A DNA stretch of 22,186 nucleotides from contig JBGAQA010000104.1 in assembly GCA_044220955.1 (NCBI GenBank), positions 1 to 22,186 of the forward strand, in the 5' to 3' direction. Positions 9,717-18,200 of this stretch are shown here, one piece after another. How positions within the stretch are numbered: position 1 is the stretch's first letter; every line of letters starts with the position of its first letter. The notes below the pieces were generated by a model. It was not told the DNA's origin. It saw only the letters and a list, made by a program, of their open reading frames with translations, and made no database searches. The translations under genes and the position numbers were made by a program. This DNA is from Sandaracinaceae bacterium. Its GTDB lineage: Bacteria; Myxococcota_A; Polyangia; Polyangiales; Sandaracinaceae.

Positions 9717-9772
9717 CGAACTCGGACTCGAACTCGAACTCGAACTCGAACTCGAACTCGAACTCGAACTCG
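9717..9772 (+). repeat. Hexanucleotide microsatellite (CGAACT)9, one unit CGGACT
   Basis: Read directly, starting 8 nt after the NUDIX stop. Confidence 0.95.
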
Positions 9773-10030
9773 CTGGGACCACGGCTCTCCCCTTCGGGGA
9801 TTCGCCTTGGATGAGGTCAGAAGTACGGGGCTCGTTCGGGGGACGGGCAGTGTGCCGTCGTGCTCGCGGGGCTCAACCCCGAGCCCTTCGGGCTCGCCGT
9901 CCTCGCAGTGCTCGCCGTGCTCGCCAAACGACGGCTGCGCGCGGCTCCGCGCTGCTCCGGGCGATCGCTTCGCGAGGGTTGAGCCCCGCTCCGCGCGACG
10001 GCGGTGGGGTGGTGCCCCCGAACGGGCAGA
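9771..10030 (+). ncRNA. Putative structured RNA leader of the four-helix-bundle gene
   Basis: Nested complementary segments 9830-9842/10015-10027, 9854-9863/9993-10002 and 9866-9879/9976-9989 (14 bp perfect). Local hairpins TCCCC-TTC-GGGGA (9788-9800) and CGAGCCC-TTC-GGGCTCG (9880-9896). Transcription is not shown. Confidence 0.55.
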
Positions 10031-10044
10031 ACGGAACGACAAAC

Positions 10045-10359
10045 ATGGCCCTCAAGGTCTACACAGACTCTCTCCAGATGATTCGCGACATGCGGACCAC
10101 GCTGAACGACATCGCGAAGCAGGACGCCGACCTGGCTCGGCAGACGCGCCGGGCGCTCACCAGCATCACGCTCAACATCGCCGAGGGCGAGGGGCGACGG
10201 AACGGCAACGCCCGGATCAGGTTCCAGACCGCGATGGGCAGCGCGAACGAGGTCCGCGCGTGCATCGAGACGGCGGATGCGCTCGGCTACATCACGGCGG
10301 ACGCGCGGATCGTCGACACGCTCGATCGCATCGCGCGGACGCTGAACCGGCTGCACTGA
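10045..10359 (+). CDS. Four-helix-bundle protein (23S rRNA intervening-sequence protein / Avd-like family), 104 aa
   Basis: MALKVYTDSLQM...DLARQTRRALTSITLNIAEGEGR...RFQTAMGSANEVRACIETADALGYI matches the family pattern (L.Q..RA..S...NIAEG; A.GS..E; GY). Confidence 0.9.
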   Translation: MALKVYTDSLQMIRDMRTTLNDIAKQDADLARQTRRALTSITLNIAEGEGRRNGNARIRFQTAMGSANEVRACIETADALGYITADARIVDTLDRIARTLNRLH

Positions 10360-10365
10360 GCCGGG

Positions 10366-10403
10366 CGAGGCCCGCGGTTCGTCGCCGCGGGCCTCGTGGT
10401 TCT
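10366..10403 (+). terminator. Strong hairpin after the four-helix-bundle gene, possible intrinsic terminator
   Basis: CGAGGCCCGCGG (10366-10377) / CCGCGGGCCTCG (10385-10396) form a perfect 12-bp stem with a 7-nt loop. The U-tract is weak (TGGTTCT). Confidence 0.55.
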
Positions 10404-10433
10404 CCTAGCGCGTCAGCTTCACGAGCACGCCGA

Positions 10434-10468
10434 TGCGGGCGAGGGCGAGGGCGAGGGCGAGAGCGAGA
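10434..10468 (+). repeat. Degenerate hexamer repeat (GCGAGG)n
   Basis: gcgggc gagggc gagggc gagggc gagagc gaga, ending just before the stop codon of the convergent gene at 10471. Confidence 0.85.
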
Positions 10469-10470
10469 CC

Positions 10471-10911
10471 TCACTCGGGCATCGGCCCGCCCGTTCCTCC
10501 GTCCGGGAACGGCTCCCGCAGCGTGAACGGGCCGCGCGGCTCGTTCGTGACGTCGATGATCACGCGGTCGTCCTCGATCCGCGCCTGCCACGGGAAGCCC
10601 TCGGCGATGCGCTCCTGCTCGAGCGGCATCCGCCCGAGCTCCAGCGGCGCGCTCCCTTCGCGCACCACCATCCAGCGGTGCTCCTCGACGTCCTCGACGC
10701 AGCGGCGCGACTGCTCGAGCACGGCCGCGTGCGCATCGAGCTGCCGCGTCTCGACGTCGGAGAACGGGCAGCGGGTCTCGTCGTGCGCGAGGCCGCTGCG
10801 CAGGATGAACACGAAGATGAAGATCGCGAACACCGCAGGCGCCGCGCCGATCACCACCATGATCGGCAGCCACCAGGGAGTCTTCTCCTTCTTCGTCTCG
10901 TTCTCGCTCAA
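10471..10911 (-). CDS. Hypothetical single-pass membrane protein, ~146 aa
   Basis: TTG start overlapping the trmFO stop (TTGA) with GGAG upstream; TM segment [26 protein letters not shown]; soluble domain with two Cys. C-terminal part of track ORF 10471..14109. Confidence 0.7.
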   Translation of the reverse strand: MSENETKKEKTPWWLPIMVVIGAAPAVFAIFIFVFILRSGLAHDETRCPFSDVETRQLDAHAAVLEQSRRCVEDVEEHRWMVVREGSAPLELGRMPLEQERIAEGFPWQARIEDDRVIIDVTNEPRGPFTLREPFPDGGTGGPMPE

Positions 10912-12278
10912 GCGACGATCTCCATCGTTGCGGGCGCCTCGTGCGCCCGCGGCAACCTCGCGCGCACGGGCTCGGCGCCCACCGCCTCGAGCCAGGGTGG
11001 CAGGTCCGCGAGCGCGCGCTCGGCGAGCAGACCATGCCGCTCGCGCCCGCGCGCCGCGCCGTCGAGCGCCGGGAACATGCTCCACAGCACGTTCGACGGC
11101 TGGAAGCGCTCGCTCGGAGCGCGCAGGTGACGGTACAGCGCGCCGAGCGCCGTGCTCGCCGGTGGCAGGTGCTCCGTCTCCGCGCGCAGGCGGGCCGCGA
11201 GCAAGGTCCCGAGCACGAGCCCGCACGCGGCGCTCTCCACGTAGCCCTCGACGCCGGTGACCTGTCCCGCGAGGTGCACTCCCGGGCGCGCGCGCAGCGA
11301 GAGGTCGTCGTCGAGCACGACGGGCGCGTTCACGAACGTGTTGCGGTGCACCGAGCCGAAGCGGAGGAACTCGGCGCTGCCGAGACCGGGGATCATCGCG
11401 AACACGCGCTTCTGCTCGGGCCACCTCATGCGCGTCTGGAAGCCGACGAGGTTGAACGCCGTGCCCTCGCGATCCTCGGGCCGGAGCTGCACGACCGCCC
11501 ACGGGCGGCGCCCCGTCTTGGGGTTGGTGAGCCCGACCGGCTTCATCGGGCCGAACGAGAGCGTCTTGGGGCCGCGCTCCGCCATCACCTCGAGCGGCAG
11601 GCACCCCTCGAAGTACCTCGGCTCCTCGAACGCGCGCGGCGGGACCTTCTCCGCGGCGACGACGGCCGCGACGAACGCCTCGTACTGCGCCTTGTCGAGC
11701 GGGCAGTTCACGTAGGCGTCGTCGCCGCCCTTGTCGTAGCGGCTCTGACGGAACACCTGGCTCCAGTCGATCGACTCCGCGCTGACGATCGGCGCGATGG
11801 CGTCGTAGTACGCCAGCGCGTCCGCGCCGATGGCCTTCGCCACGTCGGCCGCGAGCGCGTCGCCGGTGAGCGGGCCCGTCGCGATCACCGCGGGGCGCTC
11901 CTCGGGGATCGCGACGACCTCGCGGTGCTCGACGCGAATGCGCGGCTCGGCGGCGACGCGCGCGGTCATCACGCGCGAGAAGACCTCGCGGTCGACCGCG
12001 AACGCGCCGCCCGCGGGGACACGCGCCTCGTCGCCGACGCTCATCACGATCGAGCCCGCGCGCCGCATCTCCTCCTTCAGCAGGCCGACGGCGTTCGTGA
12101 GCGCCGCGCCGCGGAACGAGTTCGAGCAGACGAGCTCGGCGAGGCCGTCGCCCGTCTGGGCCGGCGTGCGCCGCGCTGGCTTCTGCTCGACGAGCACGAC
12201 GTCGACGCCACGCGAGGCGAGCTGGAACGCGCACTCGCACCCGGCGAGGCCTCCACCGATGATCGTCACGGCCGCCAT
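10908..12278 (-). CDS. trmFO: Folate/FAD-dependent tRNA (uracil-5-)-methyltransferase TrmFO (Gid), 456 aa
   Basis: [13 protein letters not shown]-binding start; [84 protein letters not shown]. Confidence 0.97.
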   Translation of the reverse strand: MAAVTIIGGGLAGCECAFQLASRGVDVVLVEQKPARRTPAQTGDGLAELVCSNSFRGAALTNAVGLLKEEMRRAGSIVMSVGDEARVPAGGAFAVDREVFSRVMTARVAAEPRIRVEHREVVAIPEERPAVIATGPLTGDALAADVAKAIGADALAYYDAIAPIVSAESIDWSQVFRQSRYDKGGDDAYVNCPLDKAQYEAFVAAVVAAEKVPPRAFEEPRYFEGCLPLEVMAERGPKTLSFGPMKPVGLTNPKTGRRPWAVVQLRPEDREGTAFNLVGFQTRMRWPEQKRVFAMIPGLGSAEFLRFGSVHRNTFVNAPVVLDDDLSLRARPGVHLAGQVTGVEGYVESAACGLVLGTLLAARLRAETEHLPPASTALGALYRHLRAPSERFQPSNVLWSMFPALDGAARGRERHGLLAERALADLPPWLEAVGAEPVRARLPRAHEAPATMEIVA

Positions 12279-12369
12279 GGGCGCGCGACCATAGCGCCGG
12301 CGTCCACGCCGTGCCCGTACTCCCGTCCACGCGTTGACAGCCGCCGCGCAGGCCGCCCAACATCGTCCC

Positions 12370-13176
12370 ATGCTTCGAAGGGCCGGGGGCTGGTGCGGCG
12401 TCGCCGCCGCGTTCTTGATCGGGTGGGCTGGCGGGGCGGGCGCCGCCGCGGCACAAGACACCGCGGGCACCGACGCCGAGGCGCACGCGCTCTTCATCGC
12501 CGGACAGGTGGCCTACGACGAGGGCCGCTACGACTCGGCGCTCGAGGACTTCCGCCGGGCGTACGACCTGAGCCACCGCCCCGAGCTGCTCTTCAACGTC
12601 GGCGCCGCCGCCGAGCACGTCCGCCACGACGAAGAGGCACTCGCCGCATACCGGCAGTACCTCGCGGAGCGTCCCGAGGCGGCGAACCGCAGCGTCGTCG
12701 AGGCGCGCGTGGCGGTGCTCGAGCGCGCGATCGCCGAGCACCAGCCGGCGACGCCGATCGACCCCACCGCCAGCGAGGCGCCCGACGCCACGGCCGACGC
12801 GACGCCGCCACCGGCCGCGACCAGCGGCGGCTCCGATCCGGCTCCCTTCGTGGTGGTCGGCGTCGGGGGCGCCGTGCTGGTGGTCGGCGCCGTGTTGCTC
12901 GGGCTCGGCTTCGCCGCGATCGATCAGGTGCAGAGCGCGCGCGACGCGTACTGGACCGACGTGCAGGGCGCCTACCAGAACGGGCCGGTCTTCACGGGCA
13001 TCGGATTCGCCGCGCTCGGCGTGGGGGCGGCCGCCGTGATCGGCGGCGTCGTCTGGGCGCTCGTCGGCTCGGGCGCAAGCAGCAGCGCGAGCCGCGCAGG
13101 GCGCGAGCGGAGCCCGCGGCTCTCCGCGTTCGGCGCCCCCGGGGGTCTCGGCGTCTCGCTCGACGGAGTCTTCTGA
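12370..13176 (+). CDS. Secreted TPR protein with C-terminal Gly-rich hydrophobic hairpin and terminal beta-strand, 268 aa
   Basis: Signal peptide ending AAA|Q; TPR helices ([41 protein letters not shown]...[11 protein letters not shown]); Pro/Ala/Thr linker; two Gly-rich hydrophobic segments; ends [10 protein letters not shown]. Confidence 0.85.
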   Translation: MLRRAGGWCGVAAAFLIGWAGGAGAAAAQDTAGTDAEAHALFIAGQVAYDEGRYDSALEDFRRAYDLSHRPELLFNVGAAAEHVRHDEEALAAYRQYLAERPEAANRSVVEARVAVLERAIAEHQPATPIDPTASEAPDATADATPPPAATSGGSDPAPFVVVGVGGAVLVVGAVLLGLGFAAIDQVQSARDAYWTDVQGAYQNGPVFTGIGFAALGVGAAAVIGGVVWALVGSGASSSASRAGRERSPRLSAFGAPGGLGVSLDGVF

Positions 13177-15227
13177 TGCTCGCGCGCACCACACCGCTCC
13201 TCGCGTTCGCCCTCTGCCTCGCCGGCTGCTCGGCGACGATCCCCGAGGGCCAGCTTCGCTGCGACGCGACGCACGGCTGTCCGAGCGGGTGGTCCTGCCA
13301 CTCCGACGGCACGTGCTGGTCGACCGGCGAGACCGACGCTGGAGCTCGCGACGCGGGGCCGGGCGACGCGGGCGCGGGCGACACGGGGCTGGACGCCGGC
13401 TCGGACACCGGCTCGGACTCCGCTCTCCCCGACGCCGGTCCCACCGACGCGGGCCCGACGGACGGCGGCGGCAGCGACACGAACACCTGCGCCAGCGCCG
13501 CCGAGTGCGACGACGGCACCTTCTGCAACGGACCCGAGCGCTGCGCGCCCGGCGTGGTGGGTGCGGACGCGCGCGGATGCGCACCCTTCGACGGGACGTT
13601 CGACTGCGGGGCGGGCCGCACCTGCGACGAGGCGATGCACGCGTGCGCGTCGCCCTGCATGATCGACGCGGACCAGGACAACGACGGGCACGACGCGGTC
13701 GAGTGCGGCGGCGACGACTGCGACGACGGCAACGCGGCGCGCTACCCCGGCCGCGTGGAGGACTGCGACGACATCGACAACGACTGCAACCCGGCGACCA
13801 TCGGCTCGACCGACGCGGACGGCGACACGGCGGTCTCGTCCGCATGCTGCAACACCGACGACGGTGGGAACACGACCTGCGGGACGGACTGCAACGACGG
13901 TGTCGCGACCACCCACCCGGGCGCGACCGAGCTCTGCAACACGGTCGACGACGACTGCGACACGGCGGTCGACGAGGGCGCGACGCACACCTACTACCGC
14001 GACGCCGACATGGACGGCGCCGGGGCGATGGCGACCACGATGGTCGCGTGCAACCCGCCGGCCGGCTACGTGTCCCTGGGCAACGACTGCGACGACACCA
14101 GCCGCGCACGCTTCCCGGGCAACCCGGAGGTCTGCGACGGGGTCGACAACGACTGCGCGGGCGGAGTCGACAACGGCCTGACCTGCGCTTGCACCGGCAC
14201 CATGTCGCGCGCGTGCGGCACCGACACGGGCGTCTGCGTCGCGGGCACTCAGACGTGCATGTCGGGTGCGTGGGGCACGTGCACCGGCTCGGTCGGCCCG
14301 ACCACCGAGGTGTGCAACGCCATGGACGACGACTGCGACACGATGGTCGACGACGGCGCTACCTGCGCCACGCGACCGAACACCACCGGGACCTGCAGCG
14401 GCGCCTGCGCGTACGCGTGCGTGGCCAACTTCGGGGCCTGCGACGGCAGCACGAGCGACGCGAACGGATGCGAGGTCGACCTGCGGATCACCGCGACCCA
14501 CTGCGGCACCTGCGCGATCGCTTGCACGAGCACGGCGCACGCGATGACCACGAGCTGCGTCGCGAGCGCCTGCCGCGTCGCCACGTGCGCGACCGGCTAC
14601 GGAGACTGCAACGGCACGTACTCCGATGGGTGCGAGATCACGACGACGACGAGCGCGACGAACTGTGGCGCGTGCGGCAACGTGTGCCCGACACGCGCGA
14701 ACTCGACGCCGAGCTGCGTCGCGTCGGCCTGCCGGATCACGTGCACCTCCGGCTTCTCGAACTGCGACGCGAACGACACGAACGGCTGCGAGACCCCGAG
14801 CGCGAGCTGCACGCTCATGCCCCCGCGCCTCGTGGGCCCGCTGACCGACACGGTGGTGACCTCGCGCCGTCCCGTGCTGCGCTTCACGGTCGCCTCGGGC
14901 ACCGACTCGGCGCACGTGCAGGTCTGCTCGGACGCGGCTTGCTCCACCGTGCTCTTCACCGGCGATGGCACCTCGCCCATGACCGTGGGCGCGGATCTGC
15001 CGCGCGGCAGGCTCTACTGGCGGGCCTTCGGCCGGGCGGGATCGACCGTGGGGACGACGCCCTCGGCCACCTGGCGGATGATCAACTTCGCGACCACGAC
15101 GCCCACGCCGGTCTCCGCCGCCAGCGCCCCGCCGACCGTCATCGCCGCGCCGACCACCCGCCGCGTGCTCGCCGAGAAGCCGCCCGGACCCGCCCAGCTC
15201 TGGCTCACCGGCACGCTCACGTCGTAG
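13176..15227 (+). CDS. Cys-rich surface lipoprotein with putative metal-binding (MopE-like) repeats, 683 aa; C-terminus probably truncated
   Basis: TGATG coupling to the TPR gene; lipobox LAGC; DAG linker; repeats such as DCDDGNAARYPGRVEDCDDIDNDCN and DCDDTSRARFPGNPEVCDGVDNDC; NGCEVDL...HCGTC repeats; Ig-like PPRLVGPL...RPVLRF...LYWRAFG domain; last ~35 aa overlap the opposite gene. Confidence 0.85.
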   Translation: MLARTTPLLAFALCLAGCSATIPEGQLRCDATHGCPSGWSCHSDGTCWSTGETDAGARDAGPGDAGAGDTGLDAGSDTGSDSALPDAGPTDAGPTDGGGSDTNTCASAAECDDGTFCNGPERCAPGVVGADARGCAPFDGTFDCGAGRTCDEAMHACASPCMIDADQDNDGHDAVECGGDDCDDGNAARYPGRVEDCDDIDNDCNPATIGSTDADGDTAVSSACCNTDDGGNTTCGTDCNDGVATTHPGATELCNTVDDDCDTAVDEGATHTYYRDADMDGAGAMATTMVACNPPAGYVSLGNDCDDTSRARFPGNPEVCDGVDNDCAGGVDNGLTCACTGTMSRACGTDTGVCVAGTQTCMSGAWGTCTGSVGPTTEVCNAMDDDCDTMVDDGATCATRPNTTGTCSGACAYACVANFGACDGSTSDANGCEVDLRITATHCGTCAIACTSTAHAMTTSCVASACRVATCATGYGDCNGTYSDGCEITTTTSATNCGACGNVCPTRANSTPSCVASACRITCTSGFSNCDANDTNGCETPSASCTLMPPRLVGPLTDTVVTSRRPVLRFTVASGTDSAHVQVCSDAACSTVLFTGDGTSPMTVGADLPRGRLYWRAFGRAGSTVGTTPSATWRMINFATTTPTPVSAASAPPTVIAAPTTRRVLAEKPPGPAQLWLTGTLTS

Positions 15228-18200
15228 CCGAGCTGCATGCTCACGCCCGTCGACGCGTCGCTGACCGCGGTGGGCTGCCCGAGCGCGTCGTGGTGGTTCA
15301 CCGCGATGTGCACCGAGCCGTCGGACGCGTCCATCGTGTGCAGCACGCCGTCCGCGGAGTAGGTGAGCCCGAGCGACGTCCCGTCCGAGAGCGTCAGCGT
15401 CTCGAGCATCCCGTCGTCCGTGTACGTCGTGCCCGTCACGCGCGGCCCGCCCACCGGCGGCGTGGACGTGAGCGGCAGATCGCGCTGCGTCACCGTGAAG
15501 GTGTGCGCCGGCCGACCCGGCGGCGCGAACGACGTGATGTTTCCGCGCTGGTCGTACTCGACGTGGATCACGCCCTCGGCCCCGGGCAGATCCACGTCGG
15601 TCACCCAGCCGGTGCCGTGGATCGGCGTGAGCCCAGTCGTGAGCACGGGCCCGTCGGGCGCGCCCACCGACACCGACGTGAGCCAGCGCGTCCCGTCGGA
15701 CGGGTAGCCGTACGTCACCTGCCGCAGCGGCGCCGCGCCGCCGGTGCACCCGGCGCCGAACGGACCCTGCGCGACGCTGCTCGGCCTCACCGAGTCGCCA
15801 GTGTACGTGATGCGCGTCGGGTGCAGACCCGCGGTCGCGATGCACGTCACGCGCGCGTGGTCGTCACGCGTGATCGTGGTCTCGGGCGTGTGGCCGGCCG
15901 GGTCGGCGGTGATGGTCGTCGTCGTGGTCGCCCGAGGCGACGATGCAGTGGAGCGCGTGCTGCGCACGGTGATCGTCGCGGCTCCAGTCTGCGTCGGGTA
16001 GGTGAAGGCGTCGCGCAGCCGACCGTCCGGGTCGAACTGCTGTTCATGCAGATACGTGGACGTCAGCAGCTCGACCGTGCCCGACGCGTCGGTCGTCGCG
16101 CGTCGCTCCACGATCGTGCGGTATGCGTGTCGCGCGTCGGGCCCGATGTCGACGTCCGGGTGGTCGGCGAGGTCGGCCGTCAGCAGATAGGGCACGCAGA
16201 GGCCGTTGTCGTCGCCGCCGGTCGTCGACGCCTCCACCATGCATGCCTCGCCCGCCGGGCAGCCGCTGGGCATGGTCGAGCTCGGACGCTGGCATCCGGT
16301 CATCGCGCCCGGCAGCTCCACTGCGGAGAGGATGCGCAGGCCATCGGCAGGCGCCGCCATGCGCTCGCGGGCTCCGGAGGGCACGGCGCGGGTCGTCCGG
16401 TGCGTCCAGCCCGTGTCGCCCGTCGTGTATGTCGTCGTCCGGCTCTCGGCGCTCGTGAGCGTGAAGGCGCGCATCCCGTCCGCGGTCCGATCCGTCTCCA
16501 GGAGGGTGGAGGTCGGCCCTGGCCCACCGCCCGAGTCGGGCACCGTCGAGTCCGACCTCAGGCGGCCGTCGGCCTCGTACGTGAAGAGGTGCGCCGCGGG
16601 CACACCCGGCTCCTGGAACGAGCGCAGCAAGCCGTGCAGGTCCGGATCGTAGCCGAGCGACCACGTGTGGCCCTCGGGGTCCGCGATCGTCTGGTGCGTC
16701 GCATCGGTGCTCGTCAGCGTGGTGACGAGGTGACCGGGCGCCTCGATCCGGATCGTGTTCGGCACCGAGTAGTCGAAGCTCGTGACCTGGCCCTCGGGGT
16801 CGGTGACGGTCGCGAGGCGGCCGTCCTCGGGGCGGTAGCCGAACGACCAGAGCGTGCGCTGGGTGAGGTAGTCGACCGTCCTCAGGTGCCGGCCCGCCCT
16901 GTCGAACTCGAAGATCGCCGAGCCGTCGGGCGAGGCGACCGTGTGTCGGTCGACCTCGATCGAGCCCTCGAGAACGGGGCCGATCACGAGGATGCCGTCG
17001 GGCACCGCGATGACCGGGCGGCCGTCGGGCAAGAGATCCAGATCCTCGATCGCGAACCGCGCCATCGCGGTCGCCGGCGCATGGGGATCGCACGACGTCA
17101 CGCCCGGCAGAGGGAGCGGATGGCAGAGATCGAGCGCGCTGCCGTCCGGACCACGCAGGTCGCAGAGCGGCGTGCCATCGGCCGAGGTGGGCCGCGGACC
17201 CGCCACGAACGTCACCGTGCCATCCAGCTCGAGGCGCCAGACCGAGGCGATCCCTGCGCGCGGACCGGACAGCTGTGAGTAGTGCTGGGTGAAGTAGAGC
17301 CGCCCTTCGCGATCGGACGCGAGCGCGCCATCGGACGAGTCGCTGGGACCGCTGTCGCTGTTGGGGGTCGCGACGAGATCGAGGTCGAAGCAACTCCCGG
17401 CGGTGCCTTCGGCGAGGGAGCGGGCACCGTTCGGGGGGCACCGGTCGAAGGTGGGAGCCGCGTTGCCCACCACCCTCGTCATGCAGCTGACGGCGTCGGA
17501 GCAGTCGCGCGGATCGAGCAAGTCGGGATCGAAGCGGTAGATCTCGTCCTCGGCTCCGAAGCCGTTACTCGAACGCACCGCGAGGTACAGCGTGCCCCGG
17601 TCGGTCGCCTCGACCGCGATGAATGCCTGAGACGCACGCGCGGTCGCGACCACCTCGACACCGCCATCGGTGCGCCAGCGCAAGAGGCGGCTGGGGGAGC
17701 GGCGATCGATGACGTAGAGGCTCCCGTCGCGCGCGAGGTCGACGCTGCCCGGATCGAGGCAGAGCGGGCCGGTGGCGTCACGAGGGCGCGGGTGTCCGAC
17801 CGAGAGACCGTCGCCCGAGCAGGTGGCCATGCACTCACCGGCCGTCGCCTCCGTGAGCAGCGAGGGGCCATCGGCGCGGAAGCGCTGCAGGCAGTTCGTG
17901 CTCGCGACGAAGAGCGTGGTGGCCTCGACACCGCCCGCGGCGCTCGAGAGCCGACCCGCGGCGATCCTCGCGTGGTCCCCGACCGGACCGAGCTCGACAC
18001 GACTGCCGTCCGGGTCCGTGCGCCAGACACGTGGAGGGTCTCCTCGGCCGCTGCCCGGACCGCCGACCATGAACGCCGAGCCGTCCGGCGCAGCGGCGAC
18101 CCCGAAGAGGGTCGTGCTCCCGCCCGTGGTGCAGCCGCCGCACTCGTTCGGTGCCGCCCCCGTGCAGGGCTGGAAGCTACCGGGAAGGAACGAGGCGACG

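Noticed and set aside
9771..10044. tRNA or rRNA fragment near the IVP-family gene
   Set aside because: No cloverleaf, T-loop or CCA pattern and no recognisable 23S rRNA sequence; both flanks are protein genes.
9289..10044. Poly-(EL) protein N-terminally fused to the four-helix bundle (ORF 9289..10359)
   Set aside because: It overlaps NUDIX out of frame, and the ELELEL run is just the microsatellite; the family domain starts at ATG 10045.
9710..10470. Diversity-generating retroelement, suggested by the Avd-like gene
   Set aside because: No reverse transcriptase and no template/variable repeat pair differing at adenines was seen in the window.
10912..14109. Long extensions of ORFs 10471..14109 (-) and 10941..15227 (+)
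   Set aside because: They overlap trmFO and the TPR gene; the credible starts are TTG 10911 and ATG 13176.
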